This document shows positions 9,554 to 19,800 of a DNA stretch of 64,000 nucleotides, piece after piece. The DNA comes from Escherichia coli (GTDB lineage: Bacteria; Pseudomonadota; Gammaproteobacteria; Enterobacterales; Enterobacteriaceae): NCBI RefSeq assembly GCF_003991155.1, contig NZ_CP031294.1, one strand, 5' to 3'. The notes below the pieces were generated by a model, which worked only from the letters and a program-made list of their open reading frames with translations, had not been told where the DNA came from and did no database searches. The translations under genes were made by a program, and so were the position numbers. How positions within the stretch are numbered: the stretch's first letter is position 1; the number at the start of each line of letters is the position of its first letter.

Positions 9554-12500
9554 TCACAGACGGCCAATTCTTACTCGTAGGACGTTGTTATCGTCATAAA
9601 CGTCAATCCGCTGACCATTTATAACCAATCTCCCATTGCCGCCGCTATTACCGTTGATCTCAAGCGTTCCATTTTTGCCGAACCGCCATCCAGATCTACC
9701 GCTAACAAAATTGGTAGATTGCAGATCGCCTACTTTTGCATTGGTGATTGTGCCATCCTTGATATACGCTCCATTCATATAGGCGATACTGTTTTCGATA
9801 ACAAATGGCGTTGTGATCTTCCCGTTAACAGAGTTGACCAAACCAAACCTGTCCGCCTGAACCAAAAACTGAGATAGCCCAGTGGTGTCAATACCAAGCG
9901 CAATACCGGCAACATACTTCTGCCCTCCGCTCGTTGAAGTCTCCATTTTCAACGTCCACGCGGTTGATACTTTTTTGTTGGTATCAGCAATAGCTGTTGC
10001 CTGCTGTTGAATTGTCGCGGTATTTCCATCCACCTCTGCTTTCAGAGTATCGATTCGCCCACTCAGAGCATTATCTGCCTGCGTTCTCGCTGTCGTTTCA
10101 GTTGTGACCGCCGCAGAAATGTTGGCTGCTGTTTGAGACTCTAAGTTTGTGATTTGAGTCGCCAATGCAGCATCTTGCTCTGTACGCGTTTTCGTTTCGG
10201 TTGCTACAGCCGCTTTAATATCCTCTTTGTATTGAGAGGTCAGCTTGGTGATCTGAGACGACAACGCCGAGTCAGCATCAGTTCGAGCCTGCGTTTCAAC
10301 TGCAACGGCCGCACTAATATCTTTCGCTGTCTGTGCTTTTAAACTTGAAACCTCTTTTGTTAAAGCGGTATCACCATCTGCACGAGCCGTTGTTTCTCTG
10401 GCAAGAGACGCCTCGAGATCATTAGCTTTTGCTGTAAGAGACGTAATCTGGGTAGACAATGCACTATCGGCATCAGTCCTTGCTTTTGTCTCTACAGCAA
10501 CCGCTGCGGCAATATCAGTTCCGGTTTGTGCTCGCAGGCTGTTAATTTCTCGTGAGAGCGCCTGGTCAGCACTTGCTCTGGCCTCCTGCTCCTGAGTGAT
10601 GGCCGCGGATATATCACCGTCAACCTTTGACTGAAGCTGGTTTATTTGTTTGGCTAACGCAGAGTCCCCGCTTGCTCGGGCCTCCTGCTCACTACGTATT
10701 GCAGCAGAAATATCATCATCAACCTTTGCCTGAAGTTGGGTGATCTGGCTTGCCAGAGCCGAATCTTCCGTTGCTCGGGCTTCTTGCTCTTCCTTAATAG
10801 CTGCGACGATATCGTTGCTTACTTTCGACTCAAGCTGAGTGATCTGTGTCGTCAGAGCTTCATCGGCAGATGTACGAGCCTCCTGCTCTGTACTAATCGC
10901 CGCGCTGATATCTCCTTCAAACTTAGATTGCAGCTGAGTGACACGCTTTGCCAACGCTTCATCGCCATCGGCACGAGCGGTGGACTCTTCCAGAATACTG
11001 GCCTTAATGTCTTCGCCAATTTCTACGCGAATTTCCTCAACCTTCGTGGCCATTGCAGACATATCATCAGCAAAGGTTTTCTGTGTTGTTGCGATCTTCG
11101 CGTTATTGACCATCTGCTTGTGCTGGTCTTCATCTTGACGAAGAGCCAGGTCAATATTTGTTTTGGCTAACGCCTCAATGTTCGTAGTCAGTTCTGCACT
11201 GGCACGATCGACCTCTGCAACCGTCTTTTTCATTTCTTCAACGGCAGCGGAGCTTTCCTCTACCGTTGACTGCAACACTTCCAGTTGTTTAGCGTTTGCA
11301 GCATCGCCTTCAACACGAGCCTCGCTTTCCTTAGCAATAAGAGCCGCCGCTTCATCTCTTGCAGCCTTTATTGCCTCGACTGTATTAGCGAGAGCTTTAT
11401 CGTGTTCAGATACGGTGTTTTCGATTTCAACAATTGCAGCATCAGTAGCATCAATTTTTTCAAACGCTTCATTGACCTTGTCGATCGTTGCCGAAACCTC
11501 ACCTTTAAGCTCGGTTTGTGCGTTCTCCAAAGCATCGCTACGCTCGTTGAATTTTATTTCAAAATCCGCGAGGTTATCGCTGAACTGCTTATCTAATTCA
11601 GCTATATCTTCCTTAACGTCGTTTACCGCCCCCTCCAAAGATTCGACGCTCTGGTTGATATGCTCATTTAACTCGTCAACTGCTTCTTGAGAGGCTTTGC
11701 TGTTGATGTCCTCAAGCAGAGCCTGACCAAGCTCGGAAGATGTAATTTTGCCAGTCAGGAACGACAGTACATCGCGAGTTGTCGCCTCTGTACCCAAGTT
11801 TGAGTTCGGAGGACTTAACATACCTCGCTTGTTCGATGCTCGAACCCAGTAATACCACGTTTCGCTATCCCCAAGACCAGCATGTGTAAAGGTGGTGCTT
11901 GCAGACTCTGCGATCAGTTTCGCCGTATCCAGATTGTTGGTCTGGGATGCGTAAACATTAATGTGATCAAGGTCTACCGAATCTGGATTAACCCAATTCA
12001 GTATCACATTACGATAGTCTCCAACGGCCGTTAATGACGTTGGGGCATCCGGCGGTGTCATTGTGCCCAACACCTGATAAACGGTACTGATAATCTCTGT
12101 TTTTTTACCGTTGAATGAAACCGCATACAGCTGGAAGTCGTAGCGTCCATTCTCCGCGACATTAACGATTTCGTATTGCTCTTCGGTTACACGCGCCGAT
12201 TGCCAGTTCGATACATTGTTTTCATCAGAACGTCGCCAACTGATCCAATACTCTGGAGATTTCCCTTCCCATGTTGCAGTCAGTTTTACTGACAGGTTGC
12301 CCGGGCTTGAGAGATAAGTCCCTTCAGTGATTTGCAGATTAGATGGCTTGGAGTAAGTTGGGTCCAATACCGTCGTATTCTGCGGGATCAGCGTTGCACC
12401 ATTGTCGATTGCCTCATATTTAGACGGATTGTTCTCAACAGCGGTGATGTCAAAGCTACCCGGCGTTTCCCCTTGCGCGATGTTAACGATGCGAACGCGC

Positions 12501-14287
12501 ATAGGTTCGAGGTCTGGTTCTGTAATAGTCCAGACGCCGTTCAAAACAGGCGTTTCAGCCGAAGACAGGGCTTTTGAAAACGTAACTTTTGTTATATTTT
12601 CGCCAGTTTCAAGAACATCGCGTTCAACGATTTTGCCTTCCTGATTCAGTATTCGAATAAAGCAGCCGCCTTTGGCTAACGACACAGGCGCATCGAGTGT
12701 GACGCTGTTTTTGGTAAACGCCACAATTCGACCTGAGTTACGTTTGCCTGCGCGATATTTGTTCTGAATCAGAACGGTTTCACCAGGCATCAGAAATGAC
12801 GCGTCTAAGCCGGCAGTAAATGTAATTACATCCGACTCCATTCTGGCGGTATATAAAAGCCACAAACCAACTCGGTGAGCCTGCCCTCGGCTTGTACAGC
12901 CAAATGCTACGACTTCTGTTTTACGCTCACCATAACGGCGCATTGCGTCCTGATCTTCGACGTACTCGATGTTTTGCTTATAACCGTCCTCCTTGTTGTT
13001 GTAGGTTACGAGCGCAACGGATGGGCGATCTTTACGCGCAGAACCTTTATAGGTAAACAATCCATCTTTGACGTTAGAGTTGGTAAACATCATTACCGGA
13101 TCTGATGGGCTATCCTGCATGATGTTAACCATCCCACCAGCCCAAAACACCATGCCGCGGAATGCTCCGGCAATATCCTGAATTAGCCGGTATGCGTCCT
13201 GTCGACTGGTGATCTGCGTATTGATTGCAAAGCGTTTCTCTTTGCCACCAAAGCCATCATCGACCTCTTCGTCACAATATCGACCAATCTGGTACAACTG
13301 GCCAAGGTCAATCATAGATTCCGACACATACTGACCAAGGCCATATCGAGCATTGGTCAGCAAATCAAAGAGAATCCACGCGGGGTTCGAAGAAGACAAC
13401 AGCTTAAAAGTGCCATCCCATACCCCAGCGTAAGTGTTACTGGACTCGTTATAGTTTGAAGGTACTCGAATTTTTAGGCCACGCACCAGATAAGAGCGAG
13501 ATGGCATGGTGCTGCCGAATTGCTCAGAGTTTACCTTCAATCCAACCAAAACAGAGTTTGGATAGTTCATCGGTGTATCGACAATTTCCCCGATTGAATC
13601 CACCCATGTATCGTTATAGAGATACTGGCTACTGTTATCATCGGTAATACGGACCACACGAACCTTGTATGCTCGTCCAGGCTTAGGCAGCTTCAGCTCA
13701 TAGCTACGGTAATAAACGCCGGTCTTCTTTGCTGTTAGCTTAATGCCAACGCTTTTTTCACCTTCAGCGACCACATCTACAAATGTTGAGTCGCCATTTG
13801 CTATCTGGAACTTGTACTCAACAGTCGTACCGTTCGTGTCACCAGTTTTTTTATCTATGCTTCGCAAAGAAGGAAACTTCATGATGACACGAACCCGATC
13901 AGCTTCATCGTTATCGATTGAAACCGTTACATAATGTGTTTTTTTTAACTGGATATTGACGGATTTAGGCGTTTCAACGAAATCAAAGCCAGACATTGGA
14001 GTCTGGTCTTGTGAACCGTCGCGAAAATCCCATGTGATTCCGCTGAAGTTGGAGGAACCGTCTTCATTTACAATCGGCAGATCGTCGATAAAAATAGATC
14101 TTGCGCCATTTACTAAGCCGCCAATTACCCCTTCCCCAAGAAGATCGAGGATAGCGGCCATTGCACGAGAATTTACGGTATCGTCGGCTTCAACCGGTGT
14201 ACGGCTGGAGCTTTTGCTGCTTTTTTTACCACCCGCACCGGCAATAAACAGCGGTAGCTTTTTCTTCTTGAACTGTTCCATGTTCAA
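9554..14287 (-). CDS. central tail fibre / host specificity protein (lambda J-like N-terminal two-thirds, fibronectin-III region, then a long tandem coiled-coil repeat array and a distinct C-terminal domain)
   Basis: The 1577-aa product starts MNMEQFKKKKLPLFIAGAGGKKSSKSSSRTPVEADDTVNSRAMAAILDLLGEGVIGGL, like J. The gene sits directly downstream of the I/K/L/M-like genes. At least ten about 28-aa repeats of the form DISAAI-x-QEARA-x-D-x-AL-x-QITQLQ-x-KV follow. Confidence 0.85.
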   Translation of the reverse strand: MNMEQFKKKKLPLFIAGAGGKKSSKSSSRTPVEADDTVNSRAMAAILDLLGEGVIGGLVNGARSIFIDDLPIVNEDGSSNFSGITWDFRDGSQDQTPMSGFDFVETPKSVNIQLKKTHYVTVSIDNDEADRVRVIMKFPSLRSIDKKTGDTNGTTVEYKFQIANGDSTFVDVVAEGEKSVGIKLTAKKTGVYYRSYELKLPKPGRAYKVRVVRITDDNSSQYLYNDTWVDSIGEIVDTPMNYPNSVLVGLKVNSEQFGSTMPSRSYLVRGLKIRVPSNYNESSNTYAGVWDGTFKLLSSSNPAWILFDLLTNARYGLGQYVSESMIDLGQLYQIGRYCDEEVDDGFGGKEKRFAINTQITSRQDAYRLIQDIAGAFRGMVFWAGGMVNIMQDSPSDPVMMFTNSNVKDGLFTYKGSARKDRPSVALVTYNNKEDGYKQNIEYVEDQDAMRRYGERKTEVVAFGCTSRGQAHRVGLWLLYTARMESDVITFTAGLDASFLMPGETVLIQNKYRAGKRNSGRIVAFTKNSVTLDAPVSLAKGGCFIRILNQEGKIVERDVLETGENITKVTFSKALSSAETPVLNGVWTITEPDLEPMRVRIVNIAQGETPGSFDITAVENNPSKYEAIDNGATLIPQNTTVLDPTYSKPSNLQITEGTYLSSPGNLSVKLTATWEGKSPEYWISWRRSDENNVSNWQSARVTEEQYEIVNVAENGRYDFQLYAVSFNGKKTEIISTVYQVLGTMTPPDAPTSLTAVGDYRNVILNWVNPDSVDLDHINVYASQTNNLDTAKLIAESASTTFTHAGLGDSETWYYWVRASNKRGMLSPPNSNLGTEATTRDVLSFLTGKITSSELGQALLEDINSKASQEAVDELNEHINQSVESLEGAVNDVKEDIAELDKQFSDNLADFEIKFNERSDALENAQTELKGEVSATIDKVNEAFEKIDATDAAIVEIENTVSEHDKALANTVEAIKAARDEAAALIAKESEARVEGDAANAKQLEVLQSTVEESSAAVEEMKKTVAEVDRASAELTTNIEALAKTNIDLALRQDEDQHKQMVNNAKIATTQKTFADDMSAMATKVEEIRVEIGEDIKASILEESTARADGDEALAKRVTQLQSKFEGDISAAISTEQEARTSADEALTTQITQLESKVSNDIVAAIKEEQEARATEDSALASQITQLQAKVDDDISAAIRSEQEARASGDSALAKQINQLQSKVDGDISAAITQEQEARASADQALSREINSLRAQTGTDIAAAVAVETKARTDADSALSTQITSLTAKANDLEASLARETTARADGDTALTKEVSSLKAQTAKDISAAVAVETQARTDADSALSSQITKLTSQYKEDIKAAVATETKTRTEQDAALATQITNLESQTAANISAAVTTETTARTQADNALSGRIDTLKAEVDGNTATIQQQATAIADTNKKVSTAWTLKMETSTSGGQKYVAGIALGIDTTGLSQFLVQADRFGLVNSVNGKITTPFVIENSIAYMNGAYIKDGTITNAKVGDLQSTNFVSGRSGWRFGKNGTLEINGNSGGNGRLVINGQRIDVYDDNNVLRVRIGRL

Positions 14288-14298
14288 AAAATCCTTGT

Positions 14299-14892
14299 TT
14301 ACATTAGCTGGTCAATCGTGATTGAAGAACTCACAACCTGTGAGCCAACCAGAATTTCCTCGCCATAGATAAGTTGTACTGGGTTGCCCTGGTTTTCTGT
14401 ATTTTGAGGGCCGTCGAAATAATAAGAGTTCGAGTTATCTGCCTGTCTCACACTTTCGTTAGTGGCTTGCGGCGATATGATTTGTGATATGCCGCCCATC
14501 ATCAGTGACAAACCGAGAGGTGCTAAAGCAGGCATCACTACCGCCGATACAACCAACAAAGCGGCCCCTACTACCGTCTGAAACCACCCAAAAGCAGATC
14601 CACCGCTTCCTCGCGGAACAGGTGTAATGCGGATTTTGGCAATGTTGTCAGACTGCCCCATCATCTGATATTCACTTTCGTCAACAGACCACTTGTGGCC
14701 CTGTTTATTGGTGATCTGGATGTGGTAACGGTCATAGGTTTTGATATTGCGCTTCATCCATGCTTTAAACCCAGGCTTGTTGGCCTCAATTAAATCCAGA
14801 GCCTGTTTTGTATTGCGCACCTTTAGATGCCAGTGGCGGCCAAAATGTTTGGCCATAGGGCCGCCAAGCTGCACATGAACTAACTCAGACAC
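14299..14892 (-). CDS. tail assembly protein I-like
   Basis: Synteny between K and J. The C-terminus is hydrophobic and Gly-rich (GSGGSAFGWFQTVVGAALLVVSAVVMPALAPLGLSLMMGG) as in lambda I. Confidence 0.65.
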   Translation of the reverse strand: MSELVHVQLGGPMAKHFGRHWHLKVRNTKQALDLIEANKPGFKAWMKRNIKTYDRYHIQITNKQGHKWSVDESEYQMMGQSDNIAKIRITPVPRGSGGSAFGWFQTVVGAALLVVSAVVMPALAPLGLSLMMGGISQIISPQATNESVRQADNSNSYYFDGPQNTENQGNPVQLIYGEEILVGSQVVSSSITIDQLM

Positions 14893-15704
14893 GTCTCATC
14901 TCCCTTGAGCAAGTCTCTGTGACGCAAGTGATGCGTCGTATGTTTCTGATACATTCCGCCGTAATAAGCACGACAACTAAGACGGTCGATCTGGTGATGA
15001 AGAATCATTCCATCGCCGATATAAACCGCGCAGTGATCTGGCATTTTCCCGTATTGAATAAAGAAGACGTCCCCACGTTGAGGCTCTGTTCCAGGTGCAA
15101 GCCGTACCAATCCCTCGTTTCGGTAGTTCTGGTCGAGAATGTCGTTATCGCCGGTGTACCACGATGGAATATGCAGGTGTGCGTTCGGGTTAAGCTCGAC
15201 GTTAAACTCACGCTTCAAATAGTCCCGACACAACATCCAGCAATCGAATACGCCAAATACATACGGTCTACCCAGGTATGGCATTTCGAAACCATCAGGT
15301 GTGATCACATTCATCTCGCTAAAATGGAAAGGGGCATCTCCCTCAACATTCTTGCGAATAGCCAGAATCATCCACGGAACTTCCGTCGCTTCACAGCCTG
15401 CACGATCGGCATCAGATGCTTCTGCTGATTCATCAGTATGTGAATGCCAGATTGCGATTACGTCACCTGCATCCTCTGCCGCCATAATGTCGTCAACGTG
15501 CATTACAAAAGTGTTCTGCGGGTTCTCCGAAACATTTCGCGCTTCCATAAAGCGATATTTGTCGCCATTAGTTCTCACCAGAAAGCCACACGCTTCATTA
15601 GGGTAGCGATTTATGGCGCAGAGATAGATTTGCTGCATAACATCAGAGCCAAGCTCAGGGATTGCTTTATTACCCATATCGCGTAGCTCCAATAAACCCG
15701 CCAA
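14880..15704 (-). CDS. tail assembly protein K-like (MPN/JAMM plus NlpC/P60-like). The true start is probably internal.
   Basis: Carries the JAMM-like HSHTDESAEASDAD motif and a Cys/His region (FDCWMLCRDY...H). It lies between the L-like and I-like genes. The N-terminal 35 nt overlap the upstream gene. Confidence 0.7.
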   Translation of the reverse strand: MAGLLELRDMGNKAIPELGSDVMQQIYLCAINRYPNEACGFLVRTNGDKYRFMEARNVSENPQNTFVMHVDDIMAAEDAGDVIAIWHSHTDESAEASDADRAGCEATEVPWMILAIRKNVEGDAPFHFSEMNVITPDGFEMPYLGRPYVFGVFDCWMLCRDYLKREFNVELNPNAHLHIPSWYTGDNDILDQNYRNEGLVRLAPGTEPQRGDVFFIQYGKMPDHCAVYIGDGMILHHQIDRLSCRAYYGGMYQKHTTHHLRHRDLLKGDETCLS

Positions 15705-16401
15705 AATGGATCACTCCGTTGGCAAAATAATTCCGACGCGCATTACAGGCGTCATAACGTTTTGTGCAGTAATCAGCACCAGACATAGACGTCTGCTGGT
15801 TATTTTTGTCGAAATATGGACCGGTATAGCCGCATTCTGGCCCTCGGTATTTCCACGGGCAGGTGTTTTTAATGATCTGACGATACGGCAGTTGCACCCC
15901 CATCAAATCGAACACACTGGACAATTCAAACTCGACAACCTGATGAGTTTCGAGAGTTTTCTGTTCGATAAACCACATTTCATCCGGGAAATGTTGGTTT
16001 GGATCTGCTGTTGGGTTGCCGTCTTTAAAATTAACGGCATCGAGGAAGCGAGCCAGCGTCATCTTGCGAATAATGCGGCAGCCAACAAGATCGTCGTTCG
16101 CCTGAACTTCCGCAGAGACGGTTCCGGCAAAGTTCGATACCTGAATTTTTGGACGTGGCAACGTTCCCTGGCCAGTTTTGTCAAAGCCTGATGCTTTGAT
16201 TGGCCACGGCTCGTATGTCACTCCTTGCCAGACGACCGGTTGCATCAGTTCGTTTGTTCCGGCGTGGAAGAATAACTTCCCCCCTGAAGTTGTGTTCGAC
16301 ATATCCAGTACGAACAACTCAATGAGTGCAGAGGGAGATAAGCTCTGAATATCAGCTTTAATTCCCATTGTTTCATCCTTGAAATAAGTAGGCGCTAACA
16401 T
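15670..16401 (-). CDS. minor tail protein L-like (C-terminal 4-Cys cluster)
   Basis: The C-terminus reads ...CPWKYRGPECGYTGPYFDKNNQQTSMSGADYCTKRYDACNARRNYFANGVIHFGGF, which matches the lambda L-type Cys cluster. Synteny supports the call. Confidence 0.8.
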   Translation of the reverse strand: MLAPTYFKDETMGIKADIQSLSPSALIELFVLDMSNTTSGGKLFFHAGTNELMQPVVWQGVTYEPWPIKASGFDKTGQGTLPRPKIQVSNFAGTVSAEVQANDDLVGCRIIRKMTLARFLDAVNFKDGNPTADPNQHFPDEMWFIEQKTLETHQVVEFELSSVFDLMGVQLPYRQIIKNTCPWKYRGPECGYTGPYFDKNNQQTSMSGADYCTKRYDACNARRNYFANGVIHFGGFIGATRYG

Positions 16402-16450
16402 CCTGTCAGCGCCACAATGATAGTAAATTAGTACTTACTTATCCAGATAC

Positions 16451-16786
16451 TTAAGCCTCAAATACTTGTCTGAATGTAGCAGTTAAGACACAGTACCCCT
16501 GATATCGCTTGACCGTATGACTGTCACATACAACTACAATCCGTTTTCCTCTTGGATTAACCCAATAGAACGACTCAACGCCTGCTCGCTCAGTCAGGAA
16601 GTCATCGATTGCATTAATTTCGTTGTATGATCTGGTAAAGGTTAACGACCATTCTTCTTTAATACGATTAAGACCTTGAGCCTGTCGCTGCTCGTAGTCA
16701 TCACCAAAATTAAGTACCGTTACATTCGGTTTTACGCTTTTTTCAGATTCGTAATCTGGATACCAATTAAACGTTTGTCTTTCCAT
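16451..16786 (-). CDS. minor tail protein M-like
   Basis: The 111-aa ORF lies directly downstream of the tape measure gene in the lambda M position. Confidence 0.65.
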   Translation of the reverse strand: MERQTFNWYPDYESEKSVKPNVTVLNFGDDYEQRQAQGLNRIKEEWSLTFTRSYNEINAIDDFLTERAGVESFYWVNPRGKRIVVVCDSHTVKRYQGYCVLTATFRQVFEA

Positions 16787-16828
16787 CTCACATCCTTGTG
16801 AGACTGCCCCGGTCGGGGCAGTCGATAG

Positions 16829-19800
16829 TTAGTTACGTTGAGTGTTTGGGTTGAGTGATCCGCCAGGGCGTTTCTCTTGAGCGATAGTCTCAAGCGCGAT
16901 TGCTTTCATCCGTTGAGCGGCATTGTTCCATATGCTTTCTGTATCGCCGGATTCAGTTGTGCTACCGTCACTATGGACGTTGATCTCAATTGATACAGGA
17001 GAAAGAACATTTCCTCCTCCACTCATACCATCGGTACTGAGCGTTACAGGGATTGTTCGACCATCAGGCAATGGAACATACGCCTCATTCATATCGCCTT
17101 CCCCAAACAACGCCAATTGAGGTGAGTTGGCGATACCGCCTTTCTGGTATGCCCGGAGCGGGATCACGCCGTCTTTTCCGAATATGCCACCATTTGCAAA
17201 CTTCGGAATTGCAGGAATACCATTCGTGCCATCGGCAGCAGAACTGGTCAGATTGTTGAACCCGGAAGTTGAGCCAGAAGAACCGGACATCAATCCATCG
17301 AATCCACCACCAGCCCATACTGAAACCAAACCAGATGCAACTGTCGCGCCGAAATTCAACCACTTATTACCAGAGCCGGAAGCATTAGCTCCAAGCATTG
17401 CAAACGCGGCAGACAGAGCGCCGGTAACAGAGCTGAGGTTCTGCATCGAGAAGATGGAGTCCTTCACTGCTTTTGTCTCAGCATCTTTGGCTTCGGTGCT
17501 ATTAAATAGCCCTGATACCCAGCTACCAATCGCATTTGTTGCTGTGCCAATTGCGCTGGTGGTCTGCTGTGTCGTTTGCCCCAATCCAGTTACCGAACTG
17601 GACGTCTCCTTCGTGGCTTCTCCTACCGACTTGTCGCCATTAACAGTGTTGCTTATGCGCACACCTTGATTGGCAACTGCGGAAGCAACCCCGGTGAGCA
17701 AATTACCACTCTGTGAACTACCAGCTGCGGTGGTTCCCATCCCCAACATGTTCATTAGAGGCAGCGTGATCTGCGACTTCACGACCATATTGGTGATATC
17801 TTTCAAAATGGACTGAGATAGGCTGGAGAAGCTCATCTTCCCGTTAATAACGAAATCAGTCAGGACATCAGTTAAGCCACTAAACAAATCAGTCCAGGTG
17901 CTTTCGATCTGCTCTGCCAGATTTTCGTATTCCAGTGCCAACTTCTGCGTCGCAGTCCCCGTCTCTTTAATAAGCGCGGTATTGCCAGCAGCAATCAGTT
18001 GATTGATTTTCTTTGTATAAAGCGCCACAACTTTAGGATCAGACGCCTTATCACGAAGTTCTATCAACGCTTTGAGATTGCGGTTGTAGGTGTCTTCGAA
18101 ATCAGCAACTTTCTCTTCGCGAGACGGCGTATAGCCAGCACTAATAATGGAATCCGCCTCCGGTGCCCAAGTGGAGATCATCTGCTCAACATTGCGGCGA
18201 TTAAACATCTCACGATATTCAGGTGTCGCATTTTTGAGGTCTTCAAGACGTTTTTTCGCCTTGTCGATCATCTCTTGAGTGATGAACTCGTTAGGAACCG
18301 CATTAGCCAAATCTGTCAGCGATTTCGTTGTATCGCGAAGAGACTGATCAAACGATACCGTAGCCTTAGAGCTTTCACCCATTTGCCCCATAAGCTGATC
18401 GGCTTTGTCCAGAGCCTTCTGGTATCCGGCTGCCAGTTTCTGTTGCGCTGCCTGTTCCTTCTTGGCCGCACGCTGCGAGGCGTTAGCTGATCGTTGGGCT
18501 GCTTTCTCGGCAGCTGCTGCATCCTGTTCACGAGCTTTAGTAAGTGCGGCAATGGCTGCGGCACGCTCTTCATCGCTCATTTTCTCCAGAGAGCTGGCAC
18601 TGGATGCTTTCTGCAAATTAAGCTGCGTCTTGAGTTGTTTAGGCCCAATAATCGGCTTACCTTCGAAGTCCATCATCGGAGTGCCGTCAGGCAAAGTACG
18701 CTGATAAGTCGCAGAATCCATCTGGTTTCGCATATATTGCGCCAACGCCTTCTGAGCAGCTTTATCAGTTGTACCTAACCCAAGAACAGTCCCCTGGTTT
18801 GACATTACGCCCTTACCAGTTTTGGCCGCGTTATCTCTCTCGAACTCTGCCTGAGTAAGTTCCTGAGCAACGGCTTCCAAATGCTCCTGATAACCACGAA
18901 TACTGCCTTGCAGTTTCTGGATTTGCTCGGTATTGCCATCCTTTTTGGCTTTTTCAAGCTGATCATTAAGAGTCGCGATTTGCTTCTCGGTCGCATTCTT
19001 ACGAGAAGAAAGTGAATCAACCAGTTTTTGCGCAGGCTCCAGATAGCTTTTGTTTACCGTTTCACGTAACGGTGCCAATAGCTTGTTCTTTTCGTCATCT
19101 GAAAGTGAACCGTCATCATTGATTTTCTGGATCTTATCCAGAGCCTCCTGCCGGGCTTTCACGAATGTTGCCGCGAAAATCTGGTTTTCCGCTCGAATTT
19201 TCTCAATCTGAGATTCGGCAGCCTCTTTAGCCAAACGCTTTGCTACAGCGCCGTCACCAAGAGCTATCGTGCCGGTTATCTTTTGATACTCTTCCTGATT
19301 TTTTTTCAGGCGTGCTTCGATGTCAGCCTTCGACTCTTTGTGAGTAATAACACCGGCAGAGTTAGATACGTAATTAACACCCTCACCAGTTTTTAATGCT
19401 CGTTGATCAGCAAGAATCTGCTTTTCGAGCTTTTCTGCGCGGTCGGCCATTTGTGCACGTTTGGCCGCCGTCATCGCCTCTGGTATTTTCCTAATCTCGT
19501 CAACGACCTTTGAAGTTTCGCTGCGGAGCATGGTCATGTACGTGATTAGGCCAGCAACAGCTACAGTGGCAACTGTAAATGCTGCCCCTATAGGGTTTGC
19601 TGCAATGAACGCCGTTAATCCAGCAAAAGCGCCTTTAAGCCCCGTAATCGCCCCACGGATGGCGAAAATAAGAGAGGGGATCGGAGCCAGCCCCATACGT
19701 GCCGCACGATTGAATCGGGTTACTGCTGTAGCGCCGAGGTTAAATGGAGTCTGTATGGCGGTCGCCATCGTGGCAAAGGTGCTAACCATCTGGCTGCCTG

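Noticed and set aside
10154-13105. Plus-strand ORFs (up to 175 aa) opposite the J-like gene
   Set aside because: They are antisense to the tandem coiled-coil repeat region. Their Ser/Ala/Cys-rich low-complexity translations are typical shadow ORFs.
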